A stretch of DNA of 64,000 bases from a virus (IMGVR_UViG_3300027759_000075:10333-74332), one strand, 5' to 3'; positions 1 to 8,467 are shown, numbered from the stretch's first letter. Notes: generated from the sequence alone by a model not told the origin. Numbers and translations are program-made.

Positions 1-1
1 G

Positions 2-529
2 TTAGTTACCTGACATTTTTTTCAAATAATTACCTAATTCCTCATAGCCGCCATGTGCTGCAGAATTTTTTGACCCGGCTGGATAGTGGTTCCACTCACC
101 ATAACGATCAACATTGATCTTTCCCTTGGTAGGATGAGTTAGTTCTGCACCGTAGGTGCTTTTGCGGTGGTCTAGGCCATGTTGCTTGGCCAGAGAGGAG
201 AGCTCCGACTCTTCGTTAACTCGGCCTGCTAACTTATTGTATTCTTGCCGTAAGTTAATACCTAAGTCGTCCATAACTTCAGTAGTTGGAGGATTTTGGA
301 TTAGGTTGTGCAGTAACCACCATTCTTTAAGTCCTAATTCCATACTTTGATAGAATGCTTTTGCTGTTTTTTGTAGGTCTATAATATCATCTTCGCTATA
401 ACCGTCTTGTCCGGCTAACTTAGAGAGATTATTAGCATAACGAGCAAAAATTTTTGCTATTTGCTGATTTGTCGATTCTTCGGCTTCTTTGATAAGTTCT
501 ATATATTTTCTGAAAAATTCTGTGCTCAT
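2..529 (-). CDS. Hypothetical protein, probable internal head protein
   Basis: 175 aa ORF with AAGGA SD and an upstream TAAATA motif; contains LIKE|AEE and VNE|ES, resembling T4 gp21-type cleavage sites. Confidence 0.5.
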   Translation of the reverse strand: MSTEFFRKYIELIKEAEESTNQQIAKIFARYANNLSKLAGQDGYSEDDIIDLQKTAKAFYQSMELGLKEWWLLHNLIQNPPTTEVMDDLGINLRQEYNKLAGRVNEESELSSLAKQHGLDHRKSTYGAELTHPTKGKINVDRYGEWNHYPAGSKNSAAHGGYEELGNYLKKMSGN

Positions 530-560
530 ACCAATTTCCTTTTTTGATGTATTATTTATG

Positions 561-1289
561 TCAGTAAGTCAAATGCGTTGTAGTCTTAAAAGGACGACCA
601 TAAGCCGCATATTCCAACTGCTTGAGAATTTTCTGTTTCATCTGACGCACTTTTATATGGTCATGATCCCAATCAAACGCAGTTAAAAATTTGCAGTAGC
701 TTGTACTCTTGTGGCGCTTGGCTCGCATGCTGTCCATGTACCGGCGTATTTCTACTGGATTATAGCCAAAGCGGTCCAACATGTCGCAGGCAATGTTAAA
801 ACTGAATGCGCCCATTTCATCTCTGTGACCATAGTATTCTTGGTCCTGGCGTTGCTTGTGATAGTGTGCTGTGCTTTCGTAGCCAGGAATCAATTTGAAA
901 TTTCTACTGCGATACTGGCGCATGTGAATCATTTCGTGCAGGATAGTATCAGCAAACAAACTACACAGTTTGGTCCAACGATATTCAGTCATTCCAATTT
1001 GTTCAGTGTCGGGGTGATAACTCAAGACTATTTCCATAAAACGAGTATAGCCTGCTTGGTCTCGGTCACTGTAGTAAGTGCCGCCCATGTAGACCAACTT
1101 GGGATTGTGTTTTGCGTCTCGTTGAACTCGAACTACTTTGACTGGTAGTTTAGATTTGATGTGCGAACTTAGTTTTTTTTGTAACAATCCAACTGGTATT
1201 TTTTGGCCAACAATATCACGTCCAGCACTGTACAACATACTGTACAAGTTATTGCGATCTAGCTGACTCCAGTTAAAATCTTGACGCAT
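561..1289 (-). CDS. HExxH zinc-metallopeptidase-like protein
   Basis: ILHEMIHMRQ motif with a downstream Glu (RDEMGAF); GGAG SD and TAAATA upstream. Confidence 0.55.
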   Translation of the reverse strand: MRQDFNWSQLDRNNLYSMLYSAGRDIVGQKIPVGLLQKKLSSHIKSKLPVKVVRVQRDAKHNPKLVYMGGTYYSDRDQAGYTRFMEIVLSYHPDTEQIGMTEYRWTKLCSLFADTILHEMIHMRQYRSRNFKLIPGYESTAHYHKQRQDQEYYGHRDEMGAFSFNIACDMLDRFGYNPVEIRRYMDSMRAKRHKSTSYCKFLTAFDWDHDHIKVRQMKQKILKQLEYAAYGRPFKTTTHLTY

Positions 1290-1341
1290 TTTGCTCTCCG
1301 ATTGGACTAGGTATTTAGTGCAAAATACCTAAAAATTAGTC

Positions 1342-1371
1342 AAAAAAAAGCTCCGGTTGACGGAGCTTTTT
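1342..1371. terminator. Rho-independent terminator after the phasin-like gene
   Basis: AAAAAAAAGCTCCG-GTTGA-CGGAGCTTTTT inverted repeat with A/T tails on both sides. Confidence 0.85.
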
Positions 1372-1386
1372 ATGCGTTACAACCGA

Positions 1387-1653
1387 TTACTTAGCTACTT
1401 TATCTTTGGCTACTTTAGCAAAAGACTTGGTAAACTCTTCAGTCTGAGTTTTAACAATAGCTGTAATAGACTCAAATGCTGCCAATTGAGCACGAACAAA
1501 ATCAGTAGTGTCGGCTGTTAATGCAACCAAAGTCTTGCTGAGTTCTTTTGGTTCTACATAGCACAAGATAGCCTGTGTGTTCTTTTCAGCTTGATCAATG
1601 AACTTGACTGGGTTTAACGCTTCTTTGAATGTTTCAAAATTAAATTGTTGCAT
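1387..1653 (-). CDS. Phasin-like small amphipathic helical protein (88 aa)
   Basis: ATG at 1653 with AAGGAG SD; Ala/Lys/Thr/Glu-rich all-helical pattern (FVRAQLAAFESITAIVKTQTEEFTKSFAK) like PHA-granule phasins; family call unverified. Confidence 0.45.
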   Translation of the reverse strand: MQQFNFETFKEALNPVKFIDQAEKNTQAILCYVEPKELSKTLVALTADTTDFVRAQLAAFESITAIVKTQTEEFTKSFAKVAKDKVAK

Positions 1654-1710
1654 GGTAAATCTCCTTGTTGGACAATTTGTAGGACCCTCACAAACCCAAC
1701 TATTTGGCAT

Positions 1711-1766
1711 TTGCTGTCCTGCAATATTATTTATCTATTATGTGCGGTTGCAACATTTTTTGCAAC
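1711..1766. promoter_or_regulatory. TGC-Nn-GCA inverted boxes around a TAAATA promoter (candidate PhaR-type operator)
   Basis: TTGCtgtcctGCAA (1711-1724), TGCggttGCA (1743-1752), GTTGCAA..TTGCAAC (1747-1766); TAAATA on - strand near 1730. Confidence 0.35.
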
Positions 1767-1785
1767 CTTTTTGGTAAAATTGAGG

Positions 1786-1853
1786 TAAATAAAGGTGTAG
1801 TTCGCGATACGGACATATCCAACTACTCTAACAGTTTATAAGGAACTATCAGC
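1786..1853 (+). promoter_or_regulatory. Late promoter plus two-hairpin leader of the endonuclease gene
   Basis: TAAATA 1786-1791; GTAGTT..GATA..TATC..AACTAC hairpin 1797-1826; AGTT-tataagg-AACT hairpin enclosing the SD. Confidence 0.5.
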
Positions 1854-2318
1854 ATGACTCATATTTATAAATCCACAAAGACACTACCATATGTTTATAT
1901 GTGTCAGGAAAAAAATAGCCCATATTTCTACATTGGATATCGTTGGGCTAACTATAACCCATCAACAGAAGATTTTGGTAAAAAATATTTTACCTCAAAT
2001 AAGTATGTAAAGGAAAATTTTGATAATTTTGAACATACAATTATAGCTGAATTTTACACAAAAGAGGATGCGTATGCATTTGAATCACAGCTCATAAAAG
2101 AAACCAGATCCGATTATCAAATAAACTATCTAAAATCTAAAAAAATTATAGGCACTTTTTATCCAAGGCCTAAAATTAAAATTAACAGCGAAGAGAAAAT
2201 ATGTGCGTTACCAGGTTGCGGAAAGATTCATACTAATTGGCGCATGAAATGTTGCTGTAAATCACACCATTATGCTTACGCTGGCATGAAAGCGCATCAG
2301 ACTACTTCCGAAGTGTAG
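1854..2318 (+). CDS. GIY-YIG (Seg-like) free-standing homing endonuclease
   Basis: YVY...FYIGYR...YFTS...AFESQLI pattern; Cys/His-rich C-terminus; AT-rich and opposite in orientation to its neighbours. Confidence 0.75.
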   Translation: MTHIYKSTKTLPYVYMCQEKNSPYFYIGYRWANYNPSTEDFGKKYFTSNKYVKENFDNFEHTIIAEFYTKEDAYAFESQLIKETRSDYQINYLKSKKIIGTFYPRPKIKINSEEKICALPGCGKIHTNWRMKCCCKSHHYAYAGMKAHQTTSEV

Positions 2319-3009
2319 CCAAACCTACAGATTTTAAAATACAAATATACATCCAACCAATATCAAATTCCCACCATTTGGTACTGAATCTAGGACTGGC
2401 ACCATCTGCGTGGTGATTATTATGAAGTTCTTCGCCGCCAATCCAAACAGCCAATGGCCATAGGTTGCGTGATGTATCTTTGGTATCTGTATTTCGATAT
2501 CCCCACCAATGACTAAGGCCGTTAATAACTCCAGCCGCCCACAGTGGAATCCATAGCATCTGTACACCCCAAACTAGCCATCCCCATAGACCAAATAAAC
2601 ACAGATCTATAATTAACATAAGCAGAATACCTAACGTATTATATTTTTTGTATAAATGACGCTCAATCCAATCGTTAGGAGTGCCTGTGCTTAATTGTGA
2701 GATCATTATGCGATCTTTGGCCGCTTGTTTGTAAAGAAATACACCGCCAAACAGCACACGCCAAATTCCATAGATTTGTGGACTATGTGGATCACCGGGT
2801 TGATCTGACTTTTGATGGTGTTTTCTGTGTACTGCGACCCATTCTTCGGTGACCATTGCTGTGGTCAGATACAACCAGGCTCGCATGGCATGTTCTACCA
2901 CCGGGTGGAATGTAACTCCTCTGTGTGCTTGACTACGGTGTAGGTAAAGGGTAACACAGGCTATGGTGATTTGAACCATCACCAAGGTTGATAAGATTAT
3001 ATACATCAT
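2302..3009 (-). CDS. desA: Membrane fatty-acid (delta-9-type) desaturase
   Basis: Three His boxes HRSQAH, HRKHH and HNNHH; GEELHNNHH and WWEFDIGW motifs; hydrophobic segments. Confidence 0.9.
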   Translation of the reverse strand: MMYIILSTLVMVQITIACVTLYLHRSQAHRGVTFHPVVEHAMRAWLYLTTAMVTEEWVAVHRKHHQKSDQPGDPHSPQIYGIWRVLFGGVFLYKQAAKDRIMISQLSTGTPNDWIERHLYKKYNTLGILLMLIIDLCLFGLWGWLVWGVQMLWIPLWAAGVINGLSHWWGYRNTDTKDTSRNLWPLAVWIGGEELHNNHHADGASPRFSTKWWEFDIGWMYICILKSVGLATLRK

Positions 3010-3013
3010 TTAC

Positions 3014-3571
3014 TTATCCGTACATCTCTTGGTATAAAAACTGGCTATTTTGTAAAAATGTATGGTAAACATTGCGTTGTTTGATGCCGACCTCGGAAGC
3101 AACGGTAGCCCAGCTTGGAGGATCTAAGTGCATGTTTACTTCACTGTCGCCCAAGATACTACGTGGCAATAGGCCATGTTTTTGGCACAAATGTTGTATG
3201 GGTTTGTTCCAGCCAAGACAATGCATGAACAACTCACTGTAGTTACGGTTGCGGGCCCAAACTATGGCTTCTTCTAACATGGCATTGCCAATACCCTGGT
3301 TGCGATGATCCGCATGAACAATTATACCAAACTCCACTGTGGTCGTGTTAATTTTGGCAATGTGAACAGTTCCTAGCCAACCAGCACAATTTTTTGCCAC
3401 TAAAATTTCGTGTTGGGTTGGCTCGGCTTCTATACGTTCTATCAAGCGTTCTATTAGGCCCGTACCGCTGGCCACACCAAAATACAGTTGTTGAGTGTCA
3501 ACGTCCTGGGCGTTTAGCCAATCTCCGTATCGATAACGATCCGTTTTAGCTAGGAATTCTGTGGTGAACAT
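3014..3571 (-). CDS. GNAT-family N-acetyltransferase
   Basis: Acetyl-CoA motif A (VHADHRNQGIG) and N..IQHLCQKHG motif B. Confidence 0.85.
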   Translation of the reverse strand: MFTTEFLAKTDRYRYGDWLNAQDVDTQQLYFGVASGTGLIERLIERIEAEPTQHEILVAKNCAGWLGTVHIAKINTTTVEFGIIVHADHRNQGIGNAMLEEAIVWARNRNYSELFMHCLGWNKPIQHLCQKHGLLPRSILGDSEVNMHLDPPSWATVASEVGIKQRNVYHTFLQNSQFLYQEMYG

Positions 3572-3575
3572 ACTA

Positions 3576-3689
3576 CTACTTATATGCGGCCTTGGCTTCG
3601 TTAAACTTGCCGTTACGGGCCAGGTGTGCAGAGTGGCTGGCTTGTTTAATGTCTTGGATTGCAGACCAAATAAATTTTAAAATTTTCAT
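3576..3689 (-). CDS. Micro-protein, 37 aa (MKILKFIWSAIQDIKQASHSAHLARNGKFNEAKAAYK)
   Basis: Read by hand; GGAG SD; packs tightly between neighbours; amphipathic N-terminal helix. Confidence 0.6.
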   Translation of the reverse strand: MKILKFIWSAIQDIKQASHSAHLARNGKFNEAKAAYK

Positions 3690-3693
3690 GACG

Positions 3694-3804
3694 TTAACTC
3701 CAGTAAATGTGTTTGCTGTTACCTAAAATCCGCGTTGCTTTTGCTTGGGCAGATATTTCCATTGCTTCAATAAATTTGTTTAATGCCTGATGAATTATTT
3801 TCAT
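3694..3804 (-). CDS. Micro-protein, 36 aa (MKIIHQALNKFIEAMEISAQAKATRILGNSKHIYWS)
   Basis: Read by hand; ATGA overlap with the upstream stop; GGAG SD. Confidence 0.6.
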   Translation of the reverse strand: MKIIHQALNKFIEAMEISAQAKATRILGNSKHIYWS

Positions 3805-3965
3805 AGTGTTCTCCCACAGATGCCACGATTCAGGTACCGCTGTGCCAAACGCTCTGCTTCGGCCACTGACTGTGGATTTTTGCCGGTAATATAAGCATCC
3901 AGTCCGGTGCTTACACTGTCTTTGATGCTGAAAAACTTTTTGAGTTTTTGTAATAGTTTTGACAT
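3801..3965 (-). CDS. Small protein, 54 aa, DUF3563-like
   Basis: ATG at 3965 with AAGGAG SD; LDAYI....QSVAEAERL..RY pattern. Confidence 0.55.
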   Translation of the reverse strand: MSKLLQKLKKFFSIKDSVSTGLDAYITGKNPQSVAEAERLAQRYLNRGICGRTL

Positions 3966-3976
3966 TGTGTGTCTCC

Positions 3977-4048
3977 TTAAATGGTAAAGATCATGAGAAT
4001 AAAAATTATAAAAAATACAATTGTTGCGTGTTTTTCTTGTTTTGACAT
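3977..4048 (-). CDS. 23-aa membrane micro-peptide (MSKQEKHATIVFFIIFILMIFTI)
   Basis: AGGA SD; first ORF after the TAAATA promoter (4079-4084) and the CTCAGT/ACTGAG hairpin; its stop overlaps the next SD. Confidence 0.5.
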   Translation of the reverse strand: MSKQEKHATIVFFIIFILMIFTI

Positions 4049-4156
4049 AGTTTATTCCTCTCAGTGTTTCTACTGAGATATTTACCTGGCAACGCAATAG
4101 ATAATATTAAAGTTTAATGATCAAAAATTACTAAATATTCAACAAGGAGAATTATT

Positions 4157-4348
4157 ATGTTAGAATTTTTTAAGAAACTTTTTGGCTCCGTGCCAGCAGA
4201 AACACCGGCACCTTACAAGGTAGAAGCACCTGTGATCAAGGTTGATGAGTTTCCGTTTCCAGAAGCTAAAGCGGTAAAGAAACCTTCGGTTAAAAAACCA
4301 GCTGTAAAAGCCAAAGCACCTCGTAAACCACGAGCTCCCAAGGCTTAA
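4157..4348 (+). CDS. Small Lys/Pro/Ala-rich (histone-H1-like tail) protein
   Basis: TAAATA plus AAGGAG SD; amphipathic start MLEFFKKLFG; tail AVKKPSVKKPAVKAKAPRKPRAPKA. Confidence 0.7.
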   Translation: MLEFFKKLFGSVPAETPAPYKVEAPVIKVDEFPFPEAKAVKKPSVKKPAVKAKAPRKPRAPKA

Positions 4349-4647
4349 TGTTGTACAAAGTATCGTATCAACCCAACAACATCAATAACAACCAGGAACA
4401 CGGAGTTGGCCATTAGGCCAAAACTCCTTCTGGTATAACAGGCCCAGGCACTGGCACAACAGCCTACAATAAAAATTGTATAAAGCGGTACCACCGGAAT
4501 CGCAGGTACTGTGGCCGCAAATATCACAGCCGACGTCACACTGCATGCCCAGGCAAATACTTCAGCACAGAATCTAACACGATTGGATTTCCAATCTTGT
4601 CGAATATAATTCCAAAAATTGCCTGCACCAACAAAAATAAAATCCAT
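4345..4647 (-). CDS. Small multi-pass membrane protein
   Basis: 100 aa with three hydrophobic segments. Confidence 0.6.
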   Translation of the reverse strand: MDFIFVGAGNFWNYIRQDWKSNRVRFCAEVFAWACSVTSAVIFAATVPAIPVVPLYTIFIVGCCASAWACYTRRSFGLMANSVFLVVIDVVGLIRYFVQH

Positions 4648-4880
4648 TATTCACAATTCCAAGTTAATTTAAAAATAATTGCATCTCTAGGGTCTTCAAA
4701 TCTAAACGCAAATCCTTCAGTTGATTGCCACCCATGCACATGATATCTACCTGTGCTCACATGATTGTTGCACCAATCGTACAATGCTTGAGGATAAGGC
4801 CTGTGGTTTTGTAATATATAATCCCAACTGACCACACACTCGGTCCAATCAGGCGGCGGCCACGCTTGAAAGTTTATCAT
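4647..4880 (-). CDS. Hypothetical phage protein
   Basis: 77 aa, translationally coupled; C-terminal FRFEDPRDAIIFKLTW motif. Confidence 0.55.
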   Translation of the reverse strand: MINFQAWPPPDWTECVVSWDYILQNHRPYPQALYDWCNNHVSTGRYHVHGWQSTEGFAFRFEDPRDAIIFKLTWNCE

Positions 4881-5910
4881 CTACCAGTCCTAGTTCCACA
4901 GCACGATTGTAGACCTGCTCGCTGGCTAGGTTTTTACCTTTGGATTCACATTGTATATCAAACTGGTTCCAGAAAGTCAAGGCCCAATCAGTGGTTGCTT
5001 GATTCCAGTAAAAGTCTGAATGCGCCCTTAGTTTTTGTTTCTTATGTCCTGCTTCAAGTAACACTGCACGGTCAGGGGCTTGGGTTACATCATGTCCTGT
5101 AAGAACATCTTCCCGACTGCAAGAGTAATGAAGAGCAGGCCTAACACCGCGCCAACTATCAACAACTCTTTTACAACGGTCATCTCCGGCGTTGATATAC
5201 TCGCCCTCGCGGATCCAGTGATGATGAATGTCCAAGACAATAGGAACAATATCAGAAATGCTAATGCAATCATTTAACCCCCATGAGTTTTCTTCGTTTT
5301 CAATTGTAATACAACTGCGGGCCTCGGGTGAGAGCCTGCCGTAGGTGTCTCGTAAACCTTCGGGACCGCGTTTACCCGAGATGTGTACGTTGATTTTAAA
5401 ATCCTGAAAGGATTTCCCAAAGCCCATCCATCTGGCCATATCCGCATGATATTCAAACTCCTGTATTGATCTTTCTACAATGCCCGGGTTCTCACTAGCC
5501 AACACACAAAACTGTCCTGGATGAAAACTTAACCTAACATCTAAACGCCTAGCAGTTTCGCCAATAGGAGCAAAAATCTTCTCCAGGTGATTCTGCACAT
5601 CAGTCTGTTTCCACCAGTTAATCCATGATGGTTCAGTATAGCCCTGCAACATCTCACTACCTAAGCGAACCATTCTGCGATTAGCGGGCAACGTGGCCAC
5701 ACGTTCAATCATCTTGACAGCTGCCGAGGTATTGTGATTCATAATGTCCCACTGTCGCTGTTCAGCTTCAGCTGGATGCTCACGCAACCAACGCATGGTA
5801 GTTGACCGCCCGTTAAGGTCTCGATCCACTGCATTGACTTTCATGCCGCCACATTCGGACGGATCATTTAGCCATTTGCAACAGAACCCAATACGCTTTA
5901 GTGTAGTCAT
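4849..5910 (-). CDS. uvsE: UV-damage endonuclease
   Basis: RIGFCCK, RLSFHPGQF, NVHISG, TIENEE, LDIHHH, HSDFY and ESKGKN motifs of the UvsE TIM-barrel family. Confidence 0.92.
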   Translation of the reverse strand: MTTLKRIGFCCKWLNDPSECGGMKVNAVDRDLNGRSTTMRWLREHPAEAEQRQWDIMNHNTSAAVKMIERVATLPANRRMVRLGSEMLQGYTEPSWINWWKQTDVQNHLEKIFAPIGETARRLDVRLSFHPGQFCVLASENPGIVERSIQEFEYHADMARWMGFGKSFQDFKINVHISGKRGPEGLRDTYGRLSPEARSCITIENEENSWGLNDCISISDIVPIVLDIHHHWIREGEYINAGDDRCKRVVDSWRGVRPALHYSCSREDVLTGHDVTQAPDRAVLLEAGHKKQKLRAHSDFYWNQATTDWALTFWNQFDIQCESKGKNLASEQVYNRAVELGLVDDKLSSVAAA

Positions 5911-5916
5911 ACAAGT

Positions 5917-5945
5917 ATTATATGACAAAATGAAATTAATGTCAA
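5917..5945 (-). promoter_or_regulatory. Sigma70 promoter, probably giving a leaderless uvsE mRNA
   Basis: TTGACA-17-TATAAT with the ATG only 6 nt after the -10 box. Confidence 0.75.
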
Positions 5946-6499
5946 TCAGGTGCTAGAGACAAAACGGCCTGCAGAGTATCAGTAGATATATTGTCTAAAT
6001 TAACCAAATTTGGATCCAACTCACCTGTATGATCCACGATGACCCACTGTATCTGATCATAATCCTTAACAGCTTGATGTATGTGATTACGATGATGGTG
6101 TGCTTTGTGTGATAGTAACCGATCTGGATTTGGCTGTAATTCGGTCAGGTCAAATCCAAATAGCAGGACAATATCACTAGTAGTGGCGGCCAAGTGTACG
6201 GCCACGATTTCTTCTTGGCGATCAACATCGTGTACAAATGCCCCTTCATATAGTCGAACATCGTCGGGTCTGTTTAGGCTTGTGTATACCGAGTTAGGTA
6301 TATAAAAATTACAGTTGTGTTGAAAGTTACGTTTGGTTAATTCATCTGCTTTACTTTGATCATGACAAATCACATTGTCAGTTTGCCATGCTCGCCATGT
6401 ACGCCAGCTTCCCCAAAAGGCACCAAGACGTTTAAGTTCAGCAATATCTACAGCGGGATCTGCTGTTGCTGAATCTGCTAGTACCCAACTAATGTTCAT
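5942..6499 (-). CDS. Hypothetical protein
   Basis: ATG 6499 overlaps the upstream stop; contains IVLLFGFDL. Confidence 0.6.
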   Translation of the reverse strand: MNISWVLADSATADPAVDIAELKRLGAFWGSWRTWRAWQTDNVICHDQSKADELTKRNFQHNCNFYIPNSVYTSLNRPDDVRLYEGAFVHDVDRQEEIVAVHLAATTSDIVLLFGFDLTELQPNPDRLLSHKAHHHRNHIHQAVKDYDQIQWVIVDHTGELDPNLVNLDNISTDTLQAVLSLAPD

Positions 6500-7545
6500 T
6501 CGGCACTCTTGAGTGTTTGCCATCGATAAGCGCCTAAACATACCCATGCAAACACACGGTCAGCACCATGATTGGCGTTGAACACTATATCACCTTTATT
6601 TCCCGACCATCCTGGAACTTGTGTAGCATGACTGATTTTGTGTAGGCCTACTTGTAATTTTTTCACAGTAGTTAATCCATCAGTGTTGATTTCAATCTGT
6701 GGTTCACGATTAACTCCAATAGTAACACTTTGTTCTCTATTGGTGCCAAAGTAGGCCTGATTTAGTTTATGCTTACCAATCACTATGCTAACTTCTTCGT
6801 CCCACACGCCAAGAGCTTTTTCTGGTGCCTCTGTGTTTACTCCCAGACGTTTGTTTAATACTGTAAGAGTATTGTTGTTAAACTTGGCTTCTCCACTAAC
6901 TGATAGATTTTTTAATGTGCCCACTGATTGTAAACTAGATTCTGTGACTGTACGAGTTAATTGATTTCCAGCAATAATTGTTTGTCCATTGACTGTAACC
7001 TGATCAAAATCAATACCATGTTCTTGTATTTGTGTGACCACTTGGTCAACTAAATTGTTATTCCATGATTCAGTTAATTGATCTAAAGTTTTTTGACTGA
7101 TGTCGGCTGCCAGAGCTGTCCAAGACAAATTATCAGTATTAATACTTCCTGTGACCACAAGATTTTGTACTCGCAGTGAATCTACCGCTTCAATACTATT
7201 AGCGGTTAAACAATTTTCTACTACCACACCATCTTCTAATACAATTAACTCGCACTTTGTAGCTTGGTCAACAATGCCTGTGCTAGTAAAGTTTTTTAAT
7301 ATTGAGTCAGTAAACAACGCCATACGTGCATCAACTTGATTTTTAATTGCAGGCCCAATATCAATTGCACTCAACCTAGCAACAGTTTCTTGAGCCACAG
7401 TCTGATTGATCATACGTTCAACACGTTGGGTCCATACTGGATCGGCACATATTTGATCGACTAATTTGTTTATATTGATTTCAACTGCCTGTTCGACTAG
7501 TTGCTGAACTAAATTTGGATCAACTGTTATTCCAATATCAGCCAT
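6496..7545 (-). CDS. Hypothetical protein, possibly virion or fibre-associated
   Basis: Helical N-terminus; SSLQSVGTLKNLSV repeat-like segment; C-terminal GDIVFN..WVC...W typical of phage fibres. Confidence 0.45.
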   Translation of the reverse strand: MADIGITVDPNLVQQLVEQAVEININKLVDQICADPVWTQRVERMINQTVAQETVARLSAIDIGPAIKNQVDARMALFTDSILKNFTSTGIVDQATKCELIVLEDGVVVENCLTANSIEAVDSLRVQNLVVTGSINTDNLSWTALAADISQKTLDQLTESWNNNLVDQVVTQIQEHGIDFDQVTVNGQTIIAGNQLTRTVTESSLQSVGTLKNLSVSGEAKFNNNTLTVLNKRLGVNTEAPEKALGVWDEEVSIVIGKHKLNQAYFGTNREQSVTIGVNREPQIEINTDGLTTVKKLQVGLHKISHATQVPGWSGNKGDIVFNANHGADRVFAWVCLGAYRWQTLKSAE

Positions 7546-8467
7546 GTTTTCTCCTAGTATCTAAAGTTACACAATGAAAACCGCCACCTAGTGTACGACT
7601 ATGACTTAAGGTTAGTGGAATACTATCAATTCCTTTGGACTTTAGTATTGTAATTAGCTGAGTTTGTGCGGCATCTATAATAACTGTTTCTGGGTCCAAT
7701 ACTAACATATTCATAGCTATCCATTTGCTTGCATACGGATATTGATAAAAGTCTTGTGCTACAATTTGATCTTCAGTTACCCAAATCTTTTCCCAATCTT
7801 TTAGTGCCGTAGGACAGTTTTTTTCTGTAACTCTGCTGGCATTGAGCATTACTAGTCCTTCACGTAAGGGAGTGATAGTTGAATCAATATGCACACCGGC
7901 ATAAAAATTACAAAGTTCAATTGTGATCTTAGGAAATTTACTGCATAGCCATTCGTGTGCCGCACGGTTACCGCTTGCTGATTCTAAGAATAACCAAGTA
8001 TCCCCCAAGCGACATATATTGGCCGCATCCAACGTCATATCTTGATCTCTAGGCATAGTGAATACCTCGCGAGCTTCTTCTATTAGTCTGGTATAGTTTT
8101 TACTTTCCTGATTGCGGCAAGGATACATCATATTACAATCAACAACAATGTCGCCGGCAATTAACATACGATCTCTAGGACAATAGTTATACATTCCTTG
8201 TTCCGCTACAAAATCCATTGGTTTGGGTCTGTAAACTGCGGCACCATAACGCAATAATGTTTCTGCCAGATTATCTAATTCGCAATTAGCTTTATCGATA
8301 ATAAATTGTGGCACTGGTCCGCTAGGTGCTGGAGTTTCAGTCCATAAACTGTTGCGAGCTTCTTCAGCAAACACAGGATCTGTCATAGGCCAGTTGGCAT
8401 TGGTAGCAGTACCTACAATAATAGCTTCTAAAGGATCCCACTCATTGCAACTATTAATCATCGACAT
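7538..8467 (-). CDS. Amidinotransferase (glycine/inosamine-phosphate amidinotransferase family)
   Basis: NEWDPLEAIIVG, YCPRD, DAAN, HIDST and GGGFHCVTLD: Asp-His-Cys triad of pentein amidinotransferases. Confidence 0.88.
   Translation of the reverse strand: MSMINSCNEWDPLEAIIVGTATNANWPMTDPVFAEEARNSLWTETPAPSGPVPQFIIDKANCELDNLAETLLRYGAAVYRPKPMDFVAEQGMYNYCPRDRMLIAGDIVVDCNMMYPCRNQESKNYTRLIEEAREVFTMPRDQDMTLDAANICRLGDTWLFLESASGNRAAHEWLCSKFPKITIELCNFYAGVHIDSTITPLREGLVMLNASRVTEKNCPTALKDWEKIWVTEDQIVAQDFYQYPYASKWIAMNMLVLDPETVIIDAAQTQLITILKSKGIDSIPLTLSHSRTLGGGFHCVTLDTRRKHG

Noticed and set aside
711-1148. 145-aa + strand hydrophobic ORF (also 21037-21462, 41908-42309, 45882-46271, 61262-61690 and 61962-62408)
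   Set aside because: Antisense to better-supported genes; no translation signals
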